A DNA stretch of 64,000 nt, from assembly GCA_965215145.1 (NCBI GenBank), contig OZ244038.1:956579-1020578 (forward strand). The letters run 5' to 3'. A program made the translations under genes and the position numbers. The notes under the pieces were generated by a model, which ran no database searches, was not told the origin of the DNA, and saw only the letters and a program-made list of their open reading frames with translations. This document shows positions 17,326-25,453 of the stretch, piece by piece. This DNA comes from Rhodothermales bacterium. GTDB taxonomy: Bacteria > Bacteroidota > Rhodothermia > Rhodothermales > JANQRZ01. Each line of letters begins with the position of its first letter. Positions within the stretch are counted from its first letter, which is position 1.

Positions 17326-17957
17326 CTCATTCTGGGGACCGCAGAAGTCCGTCCGAGCGGATGAGTGCGAGCACTCCGTCTACTCTGGAACGGAAAGGGA
17401 GGCTGTGCAGCGGTGGCGCATGGCTCCCCCGTGGTTCATCGGCAACCACCGCGTACCGGGCGGGTGGTGCCACACGTCCTCCCCCTCTGTGCAGCCTCCG
17501 GCGCACTGCCTACTATAGCCGAGTATTCGCAGATAGGCCCCTCGAAAAGGCGTCGCGCCGGGGGAAGGGGCAGACGTATTTCCCGCTCTGATCGGGCGCC
17601 CGTTTCGAGGGTACCCCGGTTCGGATCAAAGGCGACACACCGGACGCCGTGCGTGCCCACCCACGACGGAGCCCTGCTTCCCCTCGGGAGGCGGGGCTCC
17701 GCGCTTCTACGGCCGGGGAGGTCCCGGCCCCGACGGTGCTCTGTGCACCGCGGTTCACATCCCCGCTAACCAAGAGGTCCCCCATGCCCACGCGCTCCCG
17801 CGGCCCGCCGCGACCACACCCGCAGGCGGCACGCCCGCCTAGACCTACTCCTACACAAACGAAGCCCGCTCCCCCTGCTGAGGGAGCGGGCTTCGCCGTT
17901 TCCGGCCGGTCGGTGATGACGCACCGACCGGCCTCACACGAAGACCAAGAGGTCACC

Positions 17958-18974
17958 ATGCAGTACGCGATCAAGCTACACGACGAACAAGCCCTCGTCC
18001 ACAGATCCACTCGCAGCCACCCCCTCAGCGTCCGCCTCGTCCGTGAGAGCGGCACGGCCTACCGGCTCCCCGCCGCCGACGCCTACGCGAAGCGCCTCGC
18101 CGAGGAGGCGGAGCGCTGGCTCGACCACGTCCGCGAGCGGAGCCGGATGAAGGAGGAGACCCTCGTTCGGAAGGCCCTCCACAGCGTCGCCTTCAGCCTC
18201 CGCCACCGCGCCCACGACCTCGCCGTCCCGACGAAGCTCGCCGGCACGGCGAAGCACCAGCGCCAGCTCTGGGAGGCCGTCCGCGCCCGCGTCCCCCTCG
18301 GTACCCCGCTCGACATCCACGAGGAGCGGGACGGCCAGGGTGACGGCGGACGCGTCCGCCTCGCTGTCTCCCACGACGGCGAGCGGCTCGGCGAGGTCCA
18401 ACCGAAGCACGTCGGCTGGTTCGCTCCGCTCGTCCCCTTCGGGGCCGGCGTCTTCCTCACCCGCGTGACCGGCCACGAGACGGAGGGGTACCGCCTCGGC
18501 ATGAACGTCTGCTTCGGCCGTGTAGGAGGCGCCGTTAGCGCGCTCCGGCACGCGCTCGGCACCGACCTCGGCGGCGACGGCAGCGGCCCGCAGAGCGGCG
18601 CTGAGGCGGCCGTAGCGCTCCGCCCGGTGCCCGCTCCGGCGCGGGTCCACGGCGGCGACGGGGCGGCCGGGTCCCCGCCCGCTCTGGCTTCCGAGGACGT
18701 TCGCCTCTGGCGTGACCGGGACGGCACGGCCCACGCCTCCGTCCCCCACGCCGTCCGGCACTCGCCGACGGGCGTCGAATGGGGCTACGGCGGCAGTGGC
18801 CCGGCCGACCTCGCTCGGAGCGTGCTCCTCCGCTTCGCCGACGAGGCCACGGCCGAGCGGCTCTACCAGCTCTACAAGGCCGAGGTCATCGCCCGTGTCC
18901 CCGAGGCTGGAGGCACGATCCGCGCCGCCGACGTGCGGGCGTGGCTCGCTGTCCACACCGACGGCCCCTGCTGA
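17958..18974 (+). CDS. Hypothetical protein with a C-terminal WGYGGSGP (DUF6166-like) domain
   Basis: A 338-aa ORF starting at MQYAIKL, preceded by AAGAGG. The C-terminus reads HSPTGVEWGYGGSGPADLARSVLLRF...LYQLYKAEVIARVP. The central block reads KHVGWFAPLVPFGAGVFLTRVTGHETEGYRLGMNVCF. It is co-directional with ardC and radC. Confidence 0.6.
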   Translation: MQYAIKLHDEQALVHRSTRSHPLSVRLVRESGTAYRLPAADAYAKRLAEEAERWLDHVRERSRMKEETLVRKALHSVAFSLRHRAHDLAVPTKLAGTAKHQRQLWEAVRARVPLGTPLDIHEERDGQGDGGRVRLAVSHDGERLGEVQPKHVGWFAPLVPFGAGVFLTRVTGHETEGYRLGMNVCFGRVGGAVSALRHALGTDLGGDGSGPQSGAEAAVALRPVPAPARVHGGDGAAGSPPALASEDVRLWRDRDGTAHASVPHAVRHSPTGVEWGYGGSGPADLARSVLLRFADEATAERLYQLYKAEVIARVPEAGGTIRAADVRAWLAVHTDGPC

Positions 18975-19014
18975 TCCCCCGTAGGAGAGCCTACATCCAC
19001 AACCACACCCGACC

Positions 19015-19054
19015 GAGAGGCCGGGCCCTGCCACATGGCGGGGTCCGGCCTCTC
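19015..19054 (+). terminator. Intergenic stem-loop (GAGGCCGGGC...GGGGTCCGGCCTC family)
   Basis: gagaggccgggccc-tgccacatggcg-gggtccggcctctc forms a stem of about 14 bp. It lies between the 17958 gene and ardC. There is no T-tract. Confidence 0.4.
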
Positions 19055-19069
19055 CCATTCGTACCGACC

Positions 19070-20068
19070 ATGACGATTAAGCACACCACGACCAACCACG
19101 CCGCCCCGAGCCAGCTCGCCCTCGGGCTCACGACCCCGCTGCTCTCCCGCGCCGAGCAGGCCGCCCGCCCCGACCGCCAGAGCCGCCTCGACGCTGCCAG
19201 CGCCGTCCTCGCCCGCGGCCTCTCCGGCGTCCGCGACGACCCCGCCGCGCTCGGGGCCTACCTCGCCTTCCGCGCCCACTTCCGCAGCTACTCCCCCCGC
19301 AACGCCCTGCTCATCTGGATGCAGCGCCCGACGGCCCGCTACTGCATGGGCCTCCGGGCGTGGACGAGGCACGGCCGCCGCGTCCGGCGCGGCGAGCGCG
19401 GGATCACGGTCCTCGCGCCCGTCCTCAGGAAGCCGACGGCGGAGGAAGTCGCGGCCGGCGAGGACCCCGAAGAGCGTGTGCCGGCGGGCTTCCGGACGGC
19501 GACGACGTTCGACTACGAGCAGACGGAGCCCGTGGACGACGACGCCCTCGTCTACAGCCCGCCCGTGCCCCGTCTGGGCACCGAGGGGCCGGAGGGGCTC
19601 CTCGGGCGGCTAGAGGCCGCGGCCGAGCGAGTGGGCTGTTCTGTCCACTACACGGCCCTCGGCTATGCCGACGGGTGGTACCGCGCCTCCGACCGGTCGA
19701 TCTGCATCCGAGCCGGCCTGAGCGGGGCCGACCGGGCGGCTGTGCTGTGCCACGAACTGGCGCACGCCGTCGCCCACTCTCGGGGTGAGCGCCCGGACGA
19801 CGACCCACAGGAGACGCCGGCATCCGAGGCCGCAGGCGTGCGGAGCCGGGCGTCTGAGGAGCTCCAAGCCGAGGGGGCGGCCTACGTCGCGCTCGCCGCG
19901 CTCGGGCTCGACACGGCGCGCGCCAGCCTGCCCTACTTGAAAGGCTGGGCCGAGGGAGACGACGACGCCCTCTCAGGAGAGCTCGCCGCCATCGACCGGA
20001 TCGCCGGCCGGCTGCTCGCACTCATCGACGGGCCAGCCGGAGAGGACGGCACGGAGGCCACCGCCTAG
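19070..20068 (+). CDS. ardC: ArdC-like antirestriction protein (N-terminal ssDNA-binding DUF1738 domain plus C-terminal HExxH metalloprotease-like domain)
   Basis: The N-terminal block reads FRSYSPRNALLIWMQRPTARYCMGLRAWTRHGRRVRRGERGITVLAP. The C-terminal block reads AAVLCHELAHAVAHS. Confidence 0.8.
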   Translation: MTIKHTTTNHAAPSQLALGLTTPLLSRAEQAARPDRQSRLDAASAVLARGLSGVRDDPAALGAYLAFRAHFRSYSPRNALLIWMQRPTARYCMGLRAWTRHGRRVRRGERGITVLAPVLRKPTAEEVAAGEDPEERVPAGFRTATTFDYEQTEPVDDDALVYSPPVPRLGTEGPEGLLGRLEAAAERVGCSVHYTALGYADGWYRASDRSICIRAGLSGADRAAVLCHELAHAVAHSRGERPDDDPQETPASEAAGVRSRASEELQAEGAAYVALAALGLDTARASLPYLKGWAEGDDDALSGELAAIDRIAGRLLALIDGPAGEDGTEATA

Positions 20069-20102
20069 CCGCACCCCCACTCAACACGTACCGACTCACC
20101 AG

Positions 20103-20140
20103 CCACGAGGCCGGGCTCCTTCTGGGGTCCGGCCTCGTGG
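20103..20140 (+). terminator. Intergenic stem-loop, second copy of the GAGGCCGGGC...GGGGTCCGGCCTC hairpin
   Basis: ccacgaggccgg-gctccttctggggt-ccggcctcgtgg is followed by cgtttcc. It lies between ardC and radC. Confidence 0.45.
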
Positions 20141-20156
20141 CGTTTCCGAACCAGCC

Positions 20157-20717
20157 ATGAACACGACCCACACAGCTCGCTCCCGCACCCGTCACCCCTA
20201 CCGCGACCGCCACACGCCCGACCTCTTCGCCTCTACACCGACGGGCCGCGCCGAGCCCGCCGCACCGCCCGCCCTGCAGGAGCGCTTGCGAGTGCCCGTC
20301 TTCTCGGTACGCCTCGTCCGCGAGCGCGACCACCTGACCGAGCAGATCACCTCCCCCGCCGACGCCGCTCGGTTGTGCTGCGAGCTCCTCGATGGCCTCG
20401 ACCGCGAGGTCTTCCTCGTCGTCGCACTGTCCACGGCGAGCCGCGTCATCGGCGCTCACGTCTGCCACGTCGGCAGCCTCGATGCCTCGATCGCGTGCGG
20501 GAGGGAGGTATTTCGGTTTGCTGTCCTAACTTGTGCGAAATCAACAATTGTCGCCCATAATCATCCCTCGGGCAACCTCGAACCGTCGCGGGCGGACGTG
20601 GAGGTGACTCAGCAACTGAAGGCGGCGGGGGAGGCGCTGGGGATTGGACTCCTTGACCACGTCATCGTCGGGTTCGAGGGGGCCTACACCTCGCTCGCCG
20701 AGCGGGGTCTACTCTAG
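20157..20717 (+). CDS. radC: RadC-like JAB/MPN domain protein
   Basis: The JAMM motif reads STIVAHNHPSGNLEPSRADVEVTQQL, followed by LLDHVIVG. Confidence 0.85.
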   Translation: MNTTHTARSRTRHPYRDRHTPDLFASTPTGRAEPAAPPALQERLRVPVFSVRLVRERDHLTEQITSPADAARLCCELLDGLDREVFLVVALSTASRVIGAHVCHVGSLDASIACGREVFRFAVLTCAKSTIVAHNHPSGNLEPSRADVEVTQQLKAAGEALGIGLLDHVIVGFEGAYTSLAERGLL

Positions 20718-20838
20718 GGCGTTAGGTTCATGCCAGAGCTTCACACGCCCCTGTAATCCTCGGTAGGCGCGCGGCCTATGTAACACGGAACACTCGCTAC
20801 GGCCCGGACGCCGGGTTGATCGCGGGAAGACGGGGGAT

Positions 20839-20860
20839 TGTTGTACCCATGTTGTACCCA
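20839..20860. repeat. Perfect tandem 11-mer TGTTGTACCCA x2
   Basis: Seen directly at 20839..20849 and 20850..20860, 46 bp from the tRNA-Val 3' end. Confidence 0.9.
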
Positions 20861-20905
20861 CATAACCGCAAGCCCCTCCTAGCAATGGCTTGCCAAGAGG
20901 GGTAG

Positions 20906-20979
20906 TGGGTCCGGCTGGATTCGAACCAGCGACCCCTCGCGTGTGAGGCGAGTGCTCTAAACCACTGAGCTACGGACCC
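20906..20979 (-). tRNA. tRNA-Val (anticodon CAC)
   Basis: The reverse complement folds as a cloverleaf: GGGTCCG-TA-GCTC-AGTGGTTTA-GAGC-A-CTCGC-CTCACAC-GCGAG-GGGTC-GCTGG-TTCGAAT-CCAGC-CGGACCC-A. CCA is not encoded. Confidence 0.9.
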
Positions 20980-21072
20980 GCAGCATCCACGAGGATGCAG
21001 GGGCGAGCAAGGTAGCGCGCGGCTTGCAGCACGCGCAAGCCGGGCGTGTGAGCAAGCGGTGATTTGGCCGGA

Positions 21073-21732
21073 TCAATCCGGCGATGGGGGGTACACGTCC
21101 CGCAGGAGGTGCTGGAGCTTCGTGCGGCCCCGGTTGATCCGGCTCTTCACCGTCCCCATCGGCAGCCCCGTGATCTCCGCGATCTCCTCGTAGGCCAGCT
21201 GCTGCACGTCGCGCAGCACGACGACCTCCCGGAACTCCTCCGGGATCTGCCGCAGCGCCTCCTGGATGTGCTCCCCCTGCAACGCCGCCTCGGCCTCGCG
21301 GTCGGAGGCGAACTGCTCGTCGGGGATCTCGACCTCGTACTCCTCGCCGTCGCGGCTCTCGGACTGGATGGAGTACGTCTGGCGCCGCTTCTGCTTCCGG
21401 TACTCCGAGCGGGCGAGGTTCCCGGCGATGGTGTAGAGCCACGTCGAGAACTTCGCGATGCGGCGGTAGGCGTGGCGGTTGCGGTAGACGCGGAGGAACG
21501 TCTCCTGCAGGAGGTCCTCGCTCTCCCGCCGGTCCCCGACGAACCGGTAGACGTAGTGCGAGAGCGGGTCGCGGTAGCGCTCGACGAGGAGGTCGAACGC
21601 CTCGACCGTCCCCATTTGGAACTGCTCCATGAGGTCCTCGTCGTTCATGGCCGCGAGGAGGGGGTAGTGCGGGCTGTGGGCCTTACGGCGGTTCACGCGC
21701 CGGGTGACGGTCACACGAGGCTTGGACTTCAT
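21073..21732 (-). CDS. RNA polymerase sigma-70 family (ECF-type) sigma factor
   Basis: The region 2 block reads FDLLVERYRDPLSHYVYRFVGDRRESEDLLQETFLRVY...FSTWLYTIAGNLARSEYRK. The region 4 block reads EFREVVVLRDVQQLAYEEIAEITGLPMGTVKSRINRGRTKL. The start is ambiguous (21732, 21774, or the internal MNDEDL). Confidence 0.85.
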   Translation of the reverse strand: MKSKPRVTVTRRVNRRKAHSPHYPLLAAMNDEDLMEQFQMGTVEAFDLLVERYRDPLSHYVYRFVGDRRESEDLLQETFLRVYRNRHAYRRIAKFSTWLYTIAGNLARSEYRKQKRRQTYSIQSESRDGEEYEVEIPDEQFASDREAEAALQGEHIQEALRQIPEEFREVVVLRDVQQLAYEEIAEITGLPMGTVKSRINRGRTKLQHLLRDVYPPSPD

Positions 21733-21748
21733 CGGGGGAGGGGCCGGG

Positions 21749-22813
21749 TCAGGAAGGGACGGCGACGGGGGCACCGCGCAGAGCGGGGGCGCGGCGGGAT
21801 GGGGCGGGGAGGATGCGGCGGAAGACGAGCTGGAGGATCAGTCGCTCGTCGCGGGACGAGCCCCCCTTCAGCTCGAAGTCGGCGGCGAGGAGGGCCTCGA
21901 AGGCGCGGCGCACGGCGGCTCCACCGAGCCGCCCGAGCGCGGCCTGGTACTCCTTCAGGAAGAACGGCGGCACGCCGACGTGACGGGCGAGGTCCTTCTG
22001 CGGGAGCCGCCCGGCGGCGGCCAGCTTCCGCAGCTTCTGAACGTAACGCGTCAGCATCGTCACGATCATCAGCGCCTCGCCGCGGCGGTTCGACGCCTGC
22101 GCGAGGAGGCGCTCGGCGATGACGGCGGCGCGCGTCCGGTCCCCCTCGCCGAGGGCCTTCTGGAGCTCGAACACGTTGAAGTCGCGGAGGTGGCCGCCGG
22201 CGGCGAGCACATCGCCCTCGGTGATCGTGGTGCGGTCGCCGGCGTAGGCGGCGAGCTTGTCGAGCTCGGCCGAGGCCGCACGGAGATCGGTCCCGACGGT
22301 CTGCGCGAGCATCTGTGCGGCGGCGGCTTCGAGCCGGAGGCCGTTGGCCTTGGCCTGCCCGTTCAGCCACCCCGGCATCTGCCGCTCGTAGAGCGGTTTG
22401 AACTCGGCGGCGACGGCGTGCTCGCGGAGTGCGCGGTAGGGGTGCGCCGAGAGGTTCGGCTTACCGTTGCAAAGGAGGAGCACCACGGCCGACGGGTTCG
22501 GCGCCTCGGCGTAGGCCCGGAATCGGCGGTTGTCGGCCAGCCGCTCGAAGGAGCGGACGACGACGACGCGGCGGGCGGCCATCATCGGGAACGCGGCGCA
22601 CGCGGCGATGACGGCCTTCACGTCGGCGTCGGGGCCGTGGAAGAGGTCGAGGTTGAAGTCGCGCTCGTGGGGCTCCAGGGCGTGCTCGATGAGGGTCTCC
22701 TGGAGGCGGTCCATGAAGAACCCCTCGTCGCCGTAGAGGAAGTACAGCGGCTGGAAGTTGCCGTGCCGGAAGGCGACGGCGAGGTCGTCGAACGAGGGGG
22801 CCTTTGCGGGCAT
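21749..22813 (-). CDS. holA: DNA polymerase III delta subunit
   Basis: FQPLYFLYGDEGFFMDRLQETLIEHAL...DFNLDLFHG...AFPMMAARRVVVVRSFERL is a typical HolA N-terminus. The product is 354 aa. Confidence 0.85.
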   Translation of the reverse strand: MPAKAPSFDDLAVAFRHGNFQPLYFLYGDEGFFMDRLQETLIEHALEPHERDFNLDLFHGPDADVKAVIAACAAFPMMAARRVVVVRSFERLADNRRFRAYAEAPNPSAVVLLLCNGKPNLSAHPYRALREHAVAAEFKPLYERQMPGWLNGQAKANGLRLEAAAAQMLAQTVGTDLRAASAELDKLAAYAGDRTTITEGDVLAAGGHLRDFNVFELQKALGEGDRTRAAVIAERLLAQASNRRGEALMIVTMLTRYVQKLRKLAAAGRLPQKDLARHVGVPPFFLKEYQAALGRLGGAAVRRAFEALLAADFELKGGSSRDERLILQLVFRRILPAPSRRAPALRGAPVAVPS

Positions 22814-23056
22814 GGACGCGGGGGGATCGGGGAGGGGCTGCGGCGGGATGGGCTCAGGATAACGAGCCGGGCGGAGCCGGGCGTACCCCTCCGGCCGACC
22901 AACATAGCCGCTCGACAGCCGGACACAAACCCGGCGGCTCGCCGAACCGGTTTCGTAACGGCAGGGGTGCAGGAGGCGCGGTTAATGAACGTCCCGGCCG
23001 CGGTCGCATCCATCGGCGGCGCGCGCATTCCTGCCTCGGGCACCCCCTCCTCTGCC

Positions 23057-23566
23057 CTACCGGCTTTCCCCGGCGGAGCTCGGGCGGAGGTCGGCGTCGT
23101 AGAGCCGGTACGCGAGCGCGCGCAGCGTCTCCGCGTCCTCGGCCGCGATGCGTCGGGCGAGGCCCTGGACAGAAACGGTGGCGCCGTCGGGGGAGACGCC
23201 CCGACGCTCCCAGCTCTCCTCCCCCACCGCCTCGAACGCCGCGACCAATTCTGTCCGCGCCGCGACGAGATCGGCCAGGACAGCCGGCAGGCTCAGCTCC
23301 GCCGGCTCGCTCGGCTCGGCGGCGTCGAGCGTCGGCGTGTCCTCTGCCAGCATCCGTCGGAGGTGGGGGCCGTGCACCCCCCGGTCGCGCGCGGCGAGCC
23401 CGGCCAGCGCCTCCAGCACCGACGGCTCCAGCCCGGTCAGGCCCGGCGGGCGGGCGGCGAGGAGGTCCGGCGGGAGCCGCTCCAGCAGCGGTCCCAGCGC
23501 CTCCGCCTCGACGAGGAGGTAGCGGAGCCCGTCGAGCAGGGCCTCACGCGATACATCGTTCGGCAT
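23057..23566 (-). CDS. Hypothetical protein (possibly a DinB-like helical bundle)
   Basis: A 169-aa ORF with good GC3 bias. The function is not recognisable with confidence. Confidence 0.45.
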   Translation of the reverse strand: MPNDVSREALLDGLRYLLVEAEALGPLLERLPPDLLAARPPGLTGLEPSVLEALAGLAARDRGVHGPHLRRMLAEDTPTLDAAEPSEPAELSLPAVLADLVAARTELVAAFEAVGEESWERRGVSPDGATVSVQGLARRIAAEDAETLRALAYRLYDADLRPSSAGESR

Positions 23567-23573
23567 CGCGGCG

Positions 23574-24230
23574 CTAGCCCGGAAGCTCGGTGGGGACCTC
23601 GGCGGGGTCGTGCTCGTCGGCCTCCATGATCGCCTCCGTCACGGCGTAGTCGAGGCGGTTGCGGAGGGTGTGGACGTTGTTCTCGCGCTTGAACTCCCAC
23701 GCCTCGCCGTACTGCCCGTTGCGGCGCTCTTGGAGGAAGCGGAGGCGGTCGCGGAGGTGCTCCTCCGGGACGAGGAGCCGGTCGAGGCCGAAGTGGGCCT
23801 CGTCGCGGTGCTGGAACGTGAGGTCGTACTCCTTCGACATCACGATGGCCTCCTCGGGGCAGACCTCCTCGCAGAACCCGCAGTAGATGCACCGGAGCAT
23901 GTTGATCTCGAACCACTCCGGCTCGCGCTCCTTCACGTCGTCGAAGACCTCGTGGGCCTGCATCGAGATGGCGAGGGGCGGGCAGCTCCGGGCGCAGAGG
24001 CCGCAGGCGACGCAGCGCGGGCGCCCCTCCTCCTCGACCAGCACGGGCCTCCCGCGGTATGAGTCCGGCGGGTACCACTGCTCGTCGGGGTAGCTGAACG
24101 TGTAGCGCGGCGCGCCGATCTTGCTGGCGGAGTACTTCATCCCCCGGAGGATCTCGGGGAGGTACAGCTTCTCCCAGAGGTTCAGCGTGCGCTCGTCGGG
24201 GGTCGCGTTGTTGACGGGGGTGCCGGCCAT
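23574..24230 (-). CDS. nuoI: NADH-quinone oxidoreductase subunit I-like 2x[4Fe-4S] ferredoxin
   Basis: Two CxxCxxCxxxCP motifs are present (CVACGLCARSCP and CIYCGFCEEVCP), with NuoI-like flanks (LYLPEILRGM...RYTFSYPDE). The start at MAGTPVNN (24230) is preferred over the ORF-track start at 24509. No other nuo genes are adjacent. Confidence 0.8.
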   Translation of the reverse strand: MAGTPVNNATPDERTLNLWEKLYLPEILRGMKYSASKIGAPRYTFSYPDEQWYPPDSYRGRPVLVEEEGRPRCVACGLCARSCPPLAISMQAHEVFDDVKEREPEWFEINMLRCIYCGFCEEVCPEEAIVMSKEYDLTFQHRDEAHFGLDRLLVPEEHLRDRLRFLQERRNGQYGEAWEFKRENNVHTLRNRLDYAVTEAIMEADEHDPAEVPTELPG

Positions 24231-24330
24231 GCGGGGTCGGGGGTCGGAAGGCGGGAGCGAGGCGAGTTTACGCCGGCGGCGGGCGGGGGATTCTGAAAAG
24301 CCGGTGGGCTCCGGCCGGCGGACCCGCCCC

Positions 24331-24558
24331 TCAGGCGAACGCCATCCACAGCACGACGACGAGCGAGCACGCACCGAGGCCGGCGCCGACGAGCCGCAGC
24401 GGCCGGCTCCCCCGCTGCTGCCCGACCGCGTAGAGCGCGTAGCCGAACGTGAACACCGCGTAGGCCGCGGCCTGCGGGATCTCCCCACGCACCGCGTAGG
24501 TCGCGGCAATGAAGAGGAAGAGGGCGGTAGGGAAAAGCCAGCCGAGGCGCTCGGTCAT
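24331..24558 (-). CDS. Small hypothetical membrane protein (75 aa)
   Basis: MTERLGWLFPTALFLFIAATYAVRG...LGACSLVVVLWMAFA has two or three hydrophobic segments. Confidence 0.4.
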   Translation of the reverse strand: MTERLGWLFPTALFLFIAATYAVRGEIPQAAAYAVFTFGYALYAVGQQRGSRPLRLVGAGLGACSLVVVLWMAFA

Positions 24559-24565
24559 GAAGCGG

Positions 24566-25453
24566 TCAGGGATGCGGACGGTGCGGGCGGACCTCGACGG
24601 CCAACGGGGTTTCCACAAGGGTGACGGCCTCCAGCCACGGGCGCCCGAACACGACGCGCCGGCGGAGCGCGGCCCGTGCGGCCTCGGCATCACGCGGGTC
24701 GGTGTTGGGGACCTTGTTGCTGATGTAGAGTCCGTGCGCGCCAAAATAGGCGCCGTCCATCATGCAGGCGTCGATGCGGGGCTCGGCCGCGTCGAGGTGG
24801 AACGGTTCGATGGTCGGCTCGAAGCCCTCGGCCTCGACTTCGTGGTGGAGGGTGATCGCGCCGGCGTCGCCGCTCCACGACTCCCACGTCACCGGGCCGT
24901 CCCGGAGCGGGTCCTGCCGGCCATCGACGCGCACGCCGCCGGGGTTGGCCTCGTTCCGGTACACCATCCCGACGGCTTCGGCGCTGAGGTCGAGGAAGCT
25001 CATCGCGCCGGGGATCGGGTGGACCCGCAGCACCGCCTCCGACTCGGCGTAGCCGGCGTAGAACACCCACCGCAGCTCCGTCAGCGGCCCGCTGTTGAAC
25101 CCGACGACGTGGCGGATCGCACGGACCGGCCCGCCGCGGTTGACGACGATGCCGCCCTGGCTCAGCGAGCCGGTGTAGGGCGAGCGCCAGCACACGCCCG
25201 GCTTGAACGCGATCATGTCCACGTCGAGCAGGTCCGGCCCCTCCGAGCCCGCCGAGCGGAGGTGGAGCCGGTTGAGGATCCAGCGGTCCGCGAACCCGAC
25301 GGTGTACGCCGCGGTCTCGACCGTCGTCCGCTCGGGGTTCGAGCCGAGGCGGCGGCCCGAGGGGAATCCCGCCGGCCACCCGACCCACGACGGTGCCGCC
25401 CCGCCTCGGTCGTAGGCGTCGAGGTACGGCCCCCGCTCAAATCCAGACTCGTA
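24566..25453 (-). pseudogene. Host ORF of unknown function, cut at or near its 5' end by the IS element
   Basis: The 296 codons show strong GC3 bias (..GWPAGFPSGRRLGSNPERTTVETAAYTVGFADRWILNRL...) and run directly out of the IS end. With the IS removed, the only possible upstream start is a TTG 17 nt before the insertion point, preceded by an in-frame TGA. Confidence 0.5.

Noticed and set aside
17304-17769. ORFs 17304..17591 and 17365..17769 (+), and 17513..18055 (-), in the umuC/ArdC intergenic region
   Set aside because: They show no GC3 bias, have biased Arg/Pro/Gly composition, overlap each other, and have no start context. The region is better explained as structured non-coding DNA.
17649-17957. 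Upstream extension of the 17958 gene (track start 17649, or the ATG at 17784)
   Set aside because: The extension is Pro/Arg-rich and spans two perfect 12-13-bp hairpins. The ATG at 17958 has an AAGAGG just upstream. The in-frame duplicated motif at 17769 is noted as a finding rather than used as the start.
22814-23056. A 243-bp gap between holA and the DinB-like gene, examined for a small RNA or riboswitch
   Set aside because: I could not recognise any known ncRNA consensus or convincing structure by eye. It is left unannotated.
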